Shown piece after piece: positions 9,547 through 17,892 of a stretch of 64,000 nt of DNA. The stretch's first letter is position 1, and each line of letters opens with the position of its first letter. The notes below the pieces were generated by a model. That model saw nothing but the letters and a program-made list of their open reading frames with translations, was not told the DNA's origin and ran no database searches. This DNA comes from Smithella sp. (GTDB taxonomy: Bacteria; Desulfobacterota; Syntrophia; Syntrophales; Smithellaceae): the NCBI GenBank assembly GCA_012510495.1, contig JAAZHX010000075.1, forward strand, positions 1,064 through 65,063, given 5' to 3'. The position numbers were made by a program, and so were the translations under genes.

Positions 9547-10128
9547 ATGAATATCAATGAGTTTCGTACACCGGAAAATGATGTCCATGAGATATTTCTT
9601 CATCGCTGGTCCCCCCGGGCAATGTCCGGCGGAGACGTCGATGAGGCAACGCTCCTGACGCTTTTTGAGGCGGCGCGCTGGGCGCCTTCCTCGAACAATA
9701 ACCAGCCCTGGCGGTTTATTTACGCGCGCCGGAACACGCCGCGCTGGGAGGTTTTCTTTGAACTGCTGGCGGAGGGTAACCGGGTGTGGGTGAAAAACGC
9801 CGCCGTTCTGATTGCCGTGATATCTAAAACATCGTTTGATTCCGGAAAACCCGCGCGAACGCATTCCTATGATGCGGGCGCCGCGTGGGTCAGCCTGGCC
9901 CTGCAGGGGTCGCTGAAAAATCTGGTGGTTCACGGCATGCAGGGATTTGACTACGACAAAGCCAGAGAAGCGCTGCAAGTGCCCGATGGCTACACGGTGG
10001 AGGCGATGATTGCCGTCGGCCAACCCGGGAAGAAAGAGGACCTTCCTGATTATCTTCAGGCGCGGGAGTTTCCTTCGCCGCGAAAAAAACTGGATGAAAT
10101 CGTGATGCAAGAGGTTTTTAAAAAGTAG
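9547..10128 (+). CDS. Nitroreductase family protein
   Basis: RWSPRA, AARWAPSSNNNQPWRF, HGMQGFD. Confidence 0.93.
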   Translation: MNINEFRTPENDVHEIFLHRWSPRAMSGGDVDEATLLTLFEAARWAPSSNNNQPWRFIYARRNTPRWEVFFELLAEGNRVWVKNAAVLIAVISKTSFDSGKPARTHSYDAGAAWVSLALQGSLKNLVVHGMQGFDYDKAREALQVPDGYTVEAMIAVGQPGKKEDLPDYLQAREFPSPRKKLDEIVMQEVFKK

Positions 10129-10147
10129 CGGCACAGATAGGGGCATC

Positions 10148-10464
10148 ATGAAAGAAACAGGGGGAATTTTACTGATTGTATGGGTTTTGCTGTGGTTTTC
10201 GTCTGTGTCGGATTCGCGGCCAATGAAACCGGCAGGGACGGCCGGTTTGTCGCCTATGACGACGGGACTGTCTTGGATACCGGCGCCGGCCTGATGCGGG
10301 CGGATAAAGACAACGGAGCCGATCTTCACTGGGCCGCCGCCAAGTCTTTCTGTGAAAGTTTTAACGCGGGCGGTTACACGGTGCCGACGAAGAACGAACC
10401 GGCGGGATTGTACGACGGCTCGCGCCGCGACGTCCGCGTTCTTCCGGTGCGTTCCCGCCGGTAG
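10148..10464 (+). pseudogene. Degraded DUF1566 (Lcl domain) secreted protein
   Basis: RFVAYDDGTVLDTGAGLM, W..A...C; signal-peptide region frameshifted, WRLP motif degraded, truncated. Confidence 0.65.
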
Positions 10465-10479
10465 CGCGTCAAAACAACA

Positions 10480-11325
10480 TCAGAAATGGACCACCGCTTT
10501 CAGGGGGACGGGCGGGTAGATCTGTCCGTGCACGGGAGGCATGGAATTATAGACCCAGTCGATTTCCAGCGTTCCCAGCCGGATGCCCCGGCGGCGGGTA
10601 TAGCCCTGGAATACTCCTCGGACCAGAACATCTTCCATTTGCATTGTCAGCCCGAAGATCGCCATCGTTTTCCCCGCTTCCAGCCGCTTCAGTTCCTGAC
10701 CGAACGCGCCGGGATGAAAAGCCAGACGGTTTTCATCGCAGGCCTGGCATTGGATGACGGGGATGACAACCGGATATTCATCGTCGTCAATGAACGATAA
10801 AAATTTAAGAGAATCCAGGCGGTCGAACAGGTTTTTCCCGAATGGCGAAAGCGCCTTCGCTCCGGCGTTTTGCGCGGCGGCACCTTTCGCGATTCTGGTC
10901 AGAATCGCCGACGCCGCGATGGAGGCCAGCGGCAGCGGCGCTCCTTCCGTTGTTTCCTTCAGCTCCAGATAGTGGACCGTGTTGATTCCGAAATACGTAT
11001 TGTAGCGGAACATCGGTTGTTGATTGTATATTTCGTATTCCGGTCCTTCTTTTTTCAAATGGGTCCAGAGGGCTTTCCCTCGCCAGACTTTTTTATCCAG
11101 CGTCAGAATGGCAAAGCCGGTTTTTCGGTTCTGCTGCAGATAGTTTTTGCTCACCCCTTTGCAGAACTCGCCGATGATCATCTGCGTCGGTGTGGAGGCC
11201 ATGACCGAGGTCAGAAGCGACAGGTGCGGCAGGCCGTCAGACGTCACGGTCGCGATGATGCCGACTTTCTCCGACGGCGCGAAGGCCGTCATGTCCGATT
11301 CGGAAAAACGATTTTTGATGGTCAT
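10480..11325 (-). CDS. Pyridoxamine-5'-phosphate-oxidase-like (split barrel) two-domain protein
   Basis: IIATVTSDGLPH and LSFIDDDEYP repeated split-barrel starts; last gene of the GRE operon. Confidence 0.65.
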   Translation of the reverse strand: MTIKNRFSESDMTAFAPSEKVGIIATVTSDGLPHLSLLTSVMASTPTQMIIGEFCKGVSKNYLQQNRKTGFAILTLDKKVWRGKALWTHLKKEGPEYEIYNQQPMFRYNTYFGINTVHYLELKETTEGAPLPLASIAASAILTRIAKGAAAQNAGAKALSPFGKNLFDRLDSLKFLSFIDDDEYPVVIPVIQCQACDENRLAFHPGAFGQELKRLEAGKTMAIFGLTMQMEDVLVRGVFQGYTRRRGIRLGTLEIDWVYNSMPPVHGQIYPPVPLKAVVHF

Positions 11326-11349
11326 GCGCTTTTTCCTTTCCCTTAGAAA

Positions 11350-12378
11350 TCAGCCGACGCAGGCCGGATGGCGTTTGTTCAGTTTCTCCGGCGGTTTTTT
11401 GGACTCCGCGCCTTTCGCCAGTCTTGTCGCTCCGCTCCAGCAGACGTTCGTCTCCGGTGCCGCGTCTTTCGCGACGTTTGTCAGATTTTCCATGAGCGAC
11501 TTTTCCACGGGTTGTGCCTCGGCAAATGCCCAGTTGAGTCCCAGCCGTTTGTATTTGTCCCGGCACAAATGGTTGAAAGCGCACAGCTCCCAGCGGTCAA
11601 CCGCTCCCTCCAGATTTTCGCGGATGAACCGGCCGATGCCCGTGATGTTTCCGGGGGTGTCGGTTGCGCCCGGGATAACGGGGGTTCTGATCCACAGCGT
11701 TTTCGGATATGGGTGGGTTTTTTTGAAGCGCGCTGCGAAGACGGCGTTGTCCAGAATTTTCGCGTTGTCCGCTCCCGTGAATCTTTTGTGTTTTTCCGGA
11801 TCGATTTCCTTGAGATCATACAGGAGGACATCGACATACGGAAAAAGGACGGCCAGTGTTTTTTGAGGCGCCTGCCCGCAGGTGTCCAGGGCCGTTGAAA
11901 TGCCATTGGCTCTCAGCTCTTTCAGAAGGGGCAGACAGAATTCATGCTGCAGAGCCGCCTCTCCGCCGGACAGCGTCACGCCGCCGCCGGACTCGTCGAA
12001 GTAAACACGATCCTTGACCAGTTCACGGACAAGATCCGGCACATTCCATTTTTTGCCCAGAAGCTCCATGGCGGTTGTGGGGCATTCTTCCGTGCACAGG
12101 CCGCAGCCGGTGCAGAGCCGCCGGTTGATGACGATGCCGTCGGGCGTCTTCTCCAGTGCTTTTTCCGGGCAGGTTTCCACGCAGAGGCCGCATCCGATGC
12201 AGCTTGCTTTGAGCCACTGAATCTGGGGCTTTGGGCTGATGCTTTCGGGATTGTGGCACCACAGGCAGCCGAGCGGGCACCCCTTGAAAAAAACGCTCGT
12301 GCGGATGCCGGGTCCATCCTCCGTGGACATGCGGAGAATTTGCAGAATACGGCCCTGTTTTGCTTCGACGCGCTTCAT
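11350..12378 (-). CDS. Glycyl-radical enzyme activase with 2x[4Fe-4S] insertion
   Basis: DGPGIRT.VFFKGCPLGCLWCHNPES; two CxxCxxCxxxCP; GGVTLSGGE. Confidence 0.96.
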   Translation of the reverse strand: MKRVEAKQGRILQILRMSTEDGPGIRTSVFFKGCPLGCLWCHNPESISPKPQIQWLKASCIGCGLCVETCPEKALEKTPDGIVINRRLCTGCGLCTEECPTTAMELLGKKWNVPDLVRELVKDRVYFDESGGGVTLSGGEAALQHEFCLPLLKELRANGISTALDTCGQAPQKTLAVLFPYVDVLLYDLKEIDPEKHKRFTGADNAKILDNAVFAARFKKTHPYPKTLWIRTPVIPGATDTPGNITGIGRFIRENLEGAVDRWELCAFNHLCRDKYKRLGLNWAFAEAQPVEKSLMENLTNVAKDAAPETNVCWSGATRLAKGAESKKPPEKLNKRHPACVG

Positions 12379-12390
12379 CGCTTGTCTGCC

Positions 12391-14901
12391 TTAAAATTGC
12401 TGGTGACTGACCCGTTCAATGACCTCATTTTGCAGCTCTCTTCCCACCGTCGTGAAATAGGCGTTGTAGCCAGTGATTCGCACCAGGAGATGACGGTAGT
12501 TTTCGGGATGGTCCTGCGCGTCTTTCAGCATGTCGGAATCCAGCATGTTGATCTGCAGTGCGGTCCCGCCGTTTCTGGCATAGCCTTTCAGATACGCCTT
12601 GAATTTATCCTTGTGGACCGGATCCCGGAGAATCGACGGATTGAACGTAATAGTGTGGCTGGCGCCGTTCGGCAGGAGGTTCAGATAGTCCAGCCAATCA
12701 CCCCGTCCGTCCTGCGCTTTTCCGCCCAGCGCCTTTCCGACCGAATTGGCGTTGGCGGTTGGCCCTTTGGTGTCCGCTCCGTTGGAAGGGCAGATGGCGT
12801 TGGAAAGGAACTGGCCCTTGGTTCGTCCGTCGGCGCTTGCCGCCATAATGTAGCCGTCGCCCGCCCAGTAGTTCCAGCTGAGCATTCCCGGGCGATACCT
12901 GCGCCCGGTGGAGACGGTCCGGTGCCGCCACGTTTCGTCACACCAGAGCCGCATGACGCGCAAGGCGAGCGCGTCCGCTTCGTCGTCGTCGCGGCCGTAC
13001 TTGGGGGCGCGGTTTTTGGCCATGGCCTGGAGCACTTCGTGCCCCTCCCAGTTGGCCCGAAGCGCTTCCGCCAGTTCGGGCAGCGTACAGACTTTTTTAT
13101 CGAAGACCAGATGCTTGATGGCGAGGAGCGAGTCCACGGTGGTCGCGTAGGTTACGGCTTCGAGCGTGGTAAAGCTGATTTCGGCGCCGCCCTGCGTGAC
13201 ATCCAGACCCTTTTCGGCGCAGCCTGCGACCATGCAGGAAAGATAAGGTGTGGGGAAAAAGCGGGCGCGGATGGATTCGGACGTTTCGTACAGCTCGACA
13301 CATTTTCGAATGATATACCGCGTCTGGACAGCGTACGCTTCCCAGAACTTGTCCCAGGTTTTCAAAGACGCGGCGTCCGGCGTTTTGGGGCCGTTCTGCC
13401 GGATAGCTTCCGTTTTTCCGGTCATGGGGTCATAAAAGGGCAGGAGATCTTTTCCGCCCGTGAGCGCCAGCTCGACGGCTTTGAGCAAATTGAGGTTGTT
13501 GTCCACGGTTCCGGAGCGGTCATTTCCGACCATGGTGTTCTCCAGACACCCGACGGGCGCATATTCGTGGATATTGCCCTCGTGGATCAGGTGCGCCAGC
13601 CCCGCTTTTTTGGCTTCCAGCATCATGCCGGCCATGGAACGTTCGTCGAAATTCAGCAAAAAAGGCGCGCCCTGGCTGGATTCGATCATGTCCACGATTT
13701 TGTCGTACAACGCTTCGGGACTGTTTTGGTGCAGCCGCACGTTCGGCTTGGGCTCCAGGATGGGCGACATTTCATCGATCACTTCCAGCATGGCGTAGGT
13801 CAGATCATTGGTCATGTCGCGGCCGTTGGCCCCGAGGCCGGAAAGCGTGATCAGCTGGCCGAAACCGGCGGTAATACCCTGATTGCCGTTGCGGATCATG
13901 GCGTCGTATGCCGTGTTGGCGTGAACCCAGAAGCATTTCAGAATTTCCTTGGCCCAATCCCGCGGCATGCCGTTGCGTAGAGATCTTTCGTAGTACGGGT
14001 AAAGATACTGGTCCGCCCGGCCGAAGGAAACGCCCGCGCCCGGGTAGTTCTCGTCCGTCATGACCAGCATGTGGTTGAGCCAGAGCGCCTGAACGGCTTC
14101 CCAGAAATTCGTCGGGGGCTCCCACGGCACACGGGCCAGATTGGCGGTCATGGTCCGAAGCTCGGCTGCGCGGACGGCATCCGTCTCCTTTTGCGCCAGG
14201 TCTTCACACAGTAACCGGTATTTCGCGGCCAGGTCGCGCGCCATGGTGGAGGCGGTCATCATCGCCCGGAGCTGTGCGCCCTTCGGTCCGTTGCGTCCGG
14301 CATTGCCGAGGTCGTTGTATAGGGACATCAAATCCGCGTGGACGCCCTTCCAGCCTATTTGCAGCAGCCGTTCATGACCGGGGATCAGGTGGCCGCTTGT
14401 GGCGCCGGCGTTTCCGTATCCGTGATCATGGAACCATTTCATCTTCGCCCTTGCGCCGTTTTTGCCAAAGACGAGCTTTTGCCAGGCCCTGCTTTCCTCT
14501 TTTGTAAAACACATGGACGCTTGAATATTGAACCTCGCGCCGGCGAGCAAATCCCCCGGCAGGATTTCCTGGGGGACATGGTTTACGATGGTTTCCTTCA
14601 CAAACCAGGCCCGCCGCTCCACAAGAGGCCATTTCCAGAAATCCGGGTGCAGCGCCACGGGCCGTGCGGCCTGAAGATAGGAAGCGCCCAGCGTGTTGAT
14701 CAGGGTATAAGTTTCCGGTACGATATAAAACGTCAGTTCATTGTAGATCACGTCCCAGGGGGTTCCGGTCGTCCAGCAGGTGAATTCGTTGTTCCAGGGG
14801 CGCTCGGTTCCCCGGAAATAATAATCGCGAAGCCATTGGATGCGGCCGGATAGCGCTTTGGGCTCTTTCAGGCGGTATTCGGTTGCCAGTGCGGTTTTCA
14901 T
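12391..14901 (-). CDS. Glycyl radical enzyme (PFL-like family), function unknown
   Basis: SFGRADQYLYPYY, Cys loop PVGCLEN, Gly loop LLVRITGYNAYF; GGAGGT RBS before ATG at 14901. Confidence 0.95.
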   Translation of the reverse strand: MKTALATEYRLKEPKALSGRIQWLRDYYFRGTERPWNNEFTCWTTGTPWDVIYNELTFYIVPETYTLINTLGASYLQAARPVALHPDFWKWPLVERRAWFVKETIVNHVPQEILPGDLLAGARFNIQASMCFTKEESRAWQKLVFGKNGARAKMKWFHDHGYGNAGATSGHLIPGHERLLQIGWKGVHADLMSLYNDLGNAGRNGPKGAQLRAMMTASTMARDLAAKYRLLCEDLAQKETDAVRAAELRTMTANLARVPWEPPTNFWEAVQALWLNHMLVMTDENYPGAGVSFGRADQYLYPYYERSLRNGMPRDWAKEILKCFWVHANTAYDAMIRNGNQGITAGFGQLITLSGLGANGRDMTNDLTYAMLEVIDEMSPILEPKPNVRLHQNSPEALYDKIVDMIESSQGAPFLLNFDERSMAGMMLEAKKAGLAHLIHEGNIHEYAPVGCLENTMVGNDRSGTVDNNLNLLKAVELALTGGKDLLPFYDPMTGKTEAIRQNGPKTPDAASLKTWDKFWEAYAVQTRYIIRKCVELYETSESIRARFFPTPYLSCMVAGCAEKGLDVTQGGAEISFTTLEAVTYATTVDSLLAIKHLVFDKKVCTLPELAEALRANWEGHEVLQAMAKNRAPKYGRDDDEADALALRVMRLWCDETWRHRTVSTGRRYRPGMLSWNYWAGDGYIMAASADGRTKGQFLSNAICPSNGADTKGPTANANSVGKALGGKAQDGRGDWLDYLNLLPNGASHTITFNPSILRDPVHKDKFKAYLKGYARNGGTALQINMLDSDMLKDAQDHPENYRHLLVRITGYNAYFTTVGRELQNEVIERVSHQQF

Positions 14902-15242
14902 GGTTACCTCCCGGTAAAAAGATTTACACAAGCAGGTTGTCCCGCCGGGCCACTTCCCGAAAATGCTTTTCCCTGTGGTTGGAGAAAGGCCTTCATGACA
15001 AAGGACAGCTTTTGTTGCCCGGCAGGCGACATTACCCTTGCCCACGCCAAAATAAGTCCCTCGGCCTGTTTTTGTCAAGCCAAATCCTGGCCGGTGTCAG
15101 AATCTGCCCGGCGAATTTCCTTTCACAAAAGAAGGAATGCCTCTCCGGGTTGGATGTCGCGCTGCCCCGGGCGACTTGATATATTTGAAAGAACAGGCTA
15201 TATAAAAACCGGTTTTCACACTACAGCATTGAAGGCTGGATC

Positions 15243-16208
15243 ATGACGCAAAAAGAACCCGAAAAATGGCTGAAAATTCAAATATCGGCGCCCGTGGAAG
15301 AAATCGACGCCTTAAGCAATTTTCTGGAAGAAGCAGGGGCCCAGGGCGTTTATTCCGAGTCGCTGATGCCGCCCGGCGCCGATGATTTTCCGGAGGCCGC
15401 GGAAGTGGAAGTAATCAACGCGTTTTTCCCCGCGGATGCGCGCAGCGAAAAACGGATGAAGGCGGTTCAAAAATATCTCAAAAGCCTTGAAGAAATTTTT
15501 CCGGATGCCGCCGCGCCCGCGCTCTCTACCGAAACCATCACCGATCCCGACTGGGGAGAGCAGTGGAAAAAGTATTTCAAGCCGATCCGCGTGTGCAGGA
15601 ATATTGTCGTCAAGCCGACTTGGGAACGATACGCGCCGGACAGCCGCGACATTGTCGTGGAAATCGATCCGGGCATGGCCTTCGGAACCGGTCAGCACGC
15701 CTCCACGCGCATGTGTATGGAAGCGATTGAGGATATTATTCTGAAGGACCGTTCGATCGGCGAATGGAAGGTGCTCGACGCCGGATGCGGCACCGGCATT
15801 CTGGGCATTACCGCCGCCAAGCTGGGCGCGCAGGATGTGATTTGTGTGGACAATGATCCCCGGGCCACGGAAATCGCGGCGCAGAACGTGCTCATCAACG
15901 CGGTGGAAGACCGAATCAAAATCTGCAACAAAGACGCGGAACAAATGAGTCAGCCGCGCAATCTGATCGTTGCCAATTTGACGGCTAAATTACTGCTGAA
16001 GATGCGTCCGCATCTGGTGCGGCTGCTTCTGCCCGGCGGCTATCTGATTGTTTCAGGGATGATTGAGAACGACGTGCCCGCCATGGAAGAGCATTTTATG
16101 GTTGCGCCGCTGGTTCAGTATCGTCGGCTGACCGAGAAAGAATGGGTCTGCTTTGTGCTGCGCAAAGAAACAGCGGACCGTCCTGATCGCTTCCGGGCGG
16201 CAAAATAA
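15243..16208 (+). CDS. prmA: Ribosomal protein L11 methyltransferase
   Basis: DWGEQWKKYFKP, IDPGMAFGTGQHAST, LDAGCGTGIL. Confidence 0.96.
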   Translation: MTQKEPEKWLKIQISAPVEEIDALSNFLEEAGAQGVYSESLMPPGADDFPEAAEVEVINAFFPADARSEKRMKAVQKYLKSLEEIFPDAAAPALSTETITDPDWGEQWKKYFKPIRVCRNIVVKPTWERYAPDSRDIVVEIDPGMAFGTGQHASTRMCMEAIEDIILKDRSIGEWKVLDAGCGTGILGITAAKLGAQDVICVDNDPRATEIAAQNVLINAVEDRIKICNKDAEQMSQPRNLIVANLTAKLLLKMRPHLVRLLLPGGYLIVSGMIENDVPAMEEHFMVAPLVQYRRLTEKEWVCFVLRKETADRPDRFRAAK

Positions 16209-16233
16209 TCTTTTTACTGGAAAGTGCCCGACG

Positions 16234-17007
16234 TTGACGTTGCCCCGAATCTACAGTTCCGAGACGCTGCAAAACGATTCGCACTGCGCGCTTGGTGCGG
16301 ATCATCTCCGGTATCTGAAGACGGTGATGCGCCTGAAGCCGGGCGACGCGATTTTGGTTTTTGACGGTTATGGACACGAGTTTGAAGCGCGCATCGAAAA
16401 TTTCAGCGCGTCGGGAGTGACGGTCCGTCTCGGCGCGCCTGTTCCCCCTGTACGGAGAAAAATCCGGCTGACGCTGGCCCAGGGCATTCCAAAGGCGGGG
16501 AAAATGGACGGGATCGTCAGGACGGCCGCGGAACTGGGAACGGATGTCATCATTCCCGTGGCGGCGGCCCGTTCCGTACGAAGGCTTGAAGGGGAAAAAT
16601 CGTCGGCAAAAGTCGCCCGCTGGCAAAAAATCGCCCGGGAGGCGGCGCGCTGCACGCGGAGTTCCCGCGTGACCGTGGTGGAGCCGGTATTGTCTTTTGC
16701 CGATATGCTGAAACGTGCGGATTCCGGTGCGAGGAAACTGATTTTCTGGGAGGAAGAGAGCCGGCAAACGATTCGGGAGGTTTTATCCGATACCCGTTTT
16801 TCCGGCGCGACTCATTATTTTATTATTGTCGGACCGGAAGGCGGGCTTGCCCGGGAGGAAGTGGATCGGGCCGGGGAAAACGGCTTCATTTCCGTGAGCC
16901 TGGGCCGGCAGATTTTAAAAGTGGAAACAGCGGCGGCGGCGATTCTGTCTATCATCCAGTACGAGAAAGGCATATTCAGCGACGTCGCGAAAGGAATCGA
17001 GGTATGA
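16234..17007 (+). CDS. rsmE: 16S rRNA m3U1498 methyltransferase
   Basis: VMRLKPGD, AAELG, VGPEGG, SLGRQILKVETA; start codon approximate. Confidence 0.94.
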   Translation: MTLPRIYSSETLQNDSHCALGADHLRYLKTVMRLKPGDAILVFDGYGHEFEARIENFSASGVTVRLGAPVPPVRRKIRLTLAQGIPKAGKMDGIVRTAAELGTDVIIPVAAARSVRRLEGEKSSAKVARWQKIAREAARCTRSSRVTVVEPVLSFADMLKRADSGARKLIFWEEESRQTIREVLSDTRFSGATHYFIIVGPEGGLAREEVDRAGENGFISVSLGRQILKVETAAAAILSIIQYEKGIFSDVAKGIEV

Positions 17008-17585
17008 CAACATACGCATTCGCTGGTTTCTGGCGCCGTTTCGTCGCGTATATGATCGACGGATTCATTGTCAGTGTCGTTATCATCTTTCTGGGGGTTG
17101 TGGCAGGCGTGGCTTACATTGCCGGCGCAATGTCCGGAGACGGCAGTGCGATCGTCGCCCAGATGACGGACCAGGCCAAACTGGCTTCGCTGACCGCCTG
17201 GATCTGGCTTTTGACATTTGCAGTCAATATTGCCTACTTTACCTATTTTCACGGCTCGACCGGGTGCACACCCGGAAAAATGCTGCTGGGGCTGCAGGTT
17301 GTGTCCGTCACCGGGGAGTCGATTTCCTTCGGCACGGCTTTTTTGAGGTCGGTCGGCTATCTGGTTTCCAGCCTTGTTTTCTGCCTTGGGTATCTCTGGG
17401 TTGCGTTTGACCGGAGAAAGCAGGGCTGGCATGACAAGATTGCCGGCACGGTAGTGATCATTCGCGAATCCCGGGGAAACGAAGCCGGAATTTCGATTCC
17501 CGATTCCTCATCAGGACCGCAAAACCCCACCGGATTCGGCTGCATCCCCGTCAACGCTTCACAACCGGAAGAAAAAAAGGATTGA
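17004..17585 (+). CDS. RDD family membrane protein
   Basis: AGFWRRFVAYMID, TPGKMLLGL, KQGWHDKIAGT. Confidence 0.93.
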   Translation: MTTYAFAGFWRRFVAYMIDGFIVSVVIIFLGVVAGVAYIAGAMSGDGSAIVAQMTDQAKLASLTAWIWLLTFAVNIAYFTYFHGSTGCTPGKMLLGLQVVSVTGESISFGTAFLRSVGYLVSSLVFCLGYLWVAFDRRKQGWHDKIAGTVVIIRESRGNEAGISIPDSSSGPQNPTGFGCIPVNASQPEEKKD

Positions 17586-17696
17586 TGCGCCTATTGCCCA
17601 GGGCGCGGCGGAGGCGGACGGACAAAAAATGCCTTGACAAAGGGAATCAAGTTTTATAGAGGTTTTCGGCCTTTAAACAGGTTTGGCCAATCGTTC

Positions 17697-17772
17697 GGGT
17701 CGGTAGCTCAGTCGGTAGAGCATCGGACTGAAAATCCGAGTGTCGGCAGTTCAATTCTGCCCTGACCCACCA
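17697..17772 (+). tRNA. tRNA-Phe(GAA)
   Basis: GGGTCGGTAGCTCAGTCGGTAGAGCATCGGACT-GAA-AATCCGA...GTTCAATTCTGCCCTGACCCACCA; TTGACA at 17634. Confidence 0.97.
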
Positions 17773-17774
17773 GT

Positions 17775-17815
17775 AAAATAAAGGGTTTAGGCGGTTTCGC
17801 TTAAACCTTTTTTCT
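17775..17815 (+). terminator. Terminator after tRNA-Phe
   Basis: GGGTTTAGGCG-gttt-CGCTTAAACC followed by a T run. Confidence 0.7.
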
Positions 17816-17892
17816 TGCCTTGTTCATTTTCTTCCCACTCCCTCCCCACTTTTTGGTTTGGTAGTGTCAGCAAATCTTTCACGCTTTTCGAT

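Noticed and set aside
11944-13980. 678-aa plus-strand ORF and other long antisense ORFs (e.g. 30587-31981, 32701-34152, 39841-41292, 58588-59799)
   Set aside because: Shadow frames opposite clear GC-rich genes; no motifs
14902-15078. N-terminal extension of the GRE to 15078 (895 aa)
   Set aside because: That TTG is part of a -35 box; a strong RBS supports ATG at 14901
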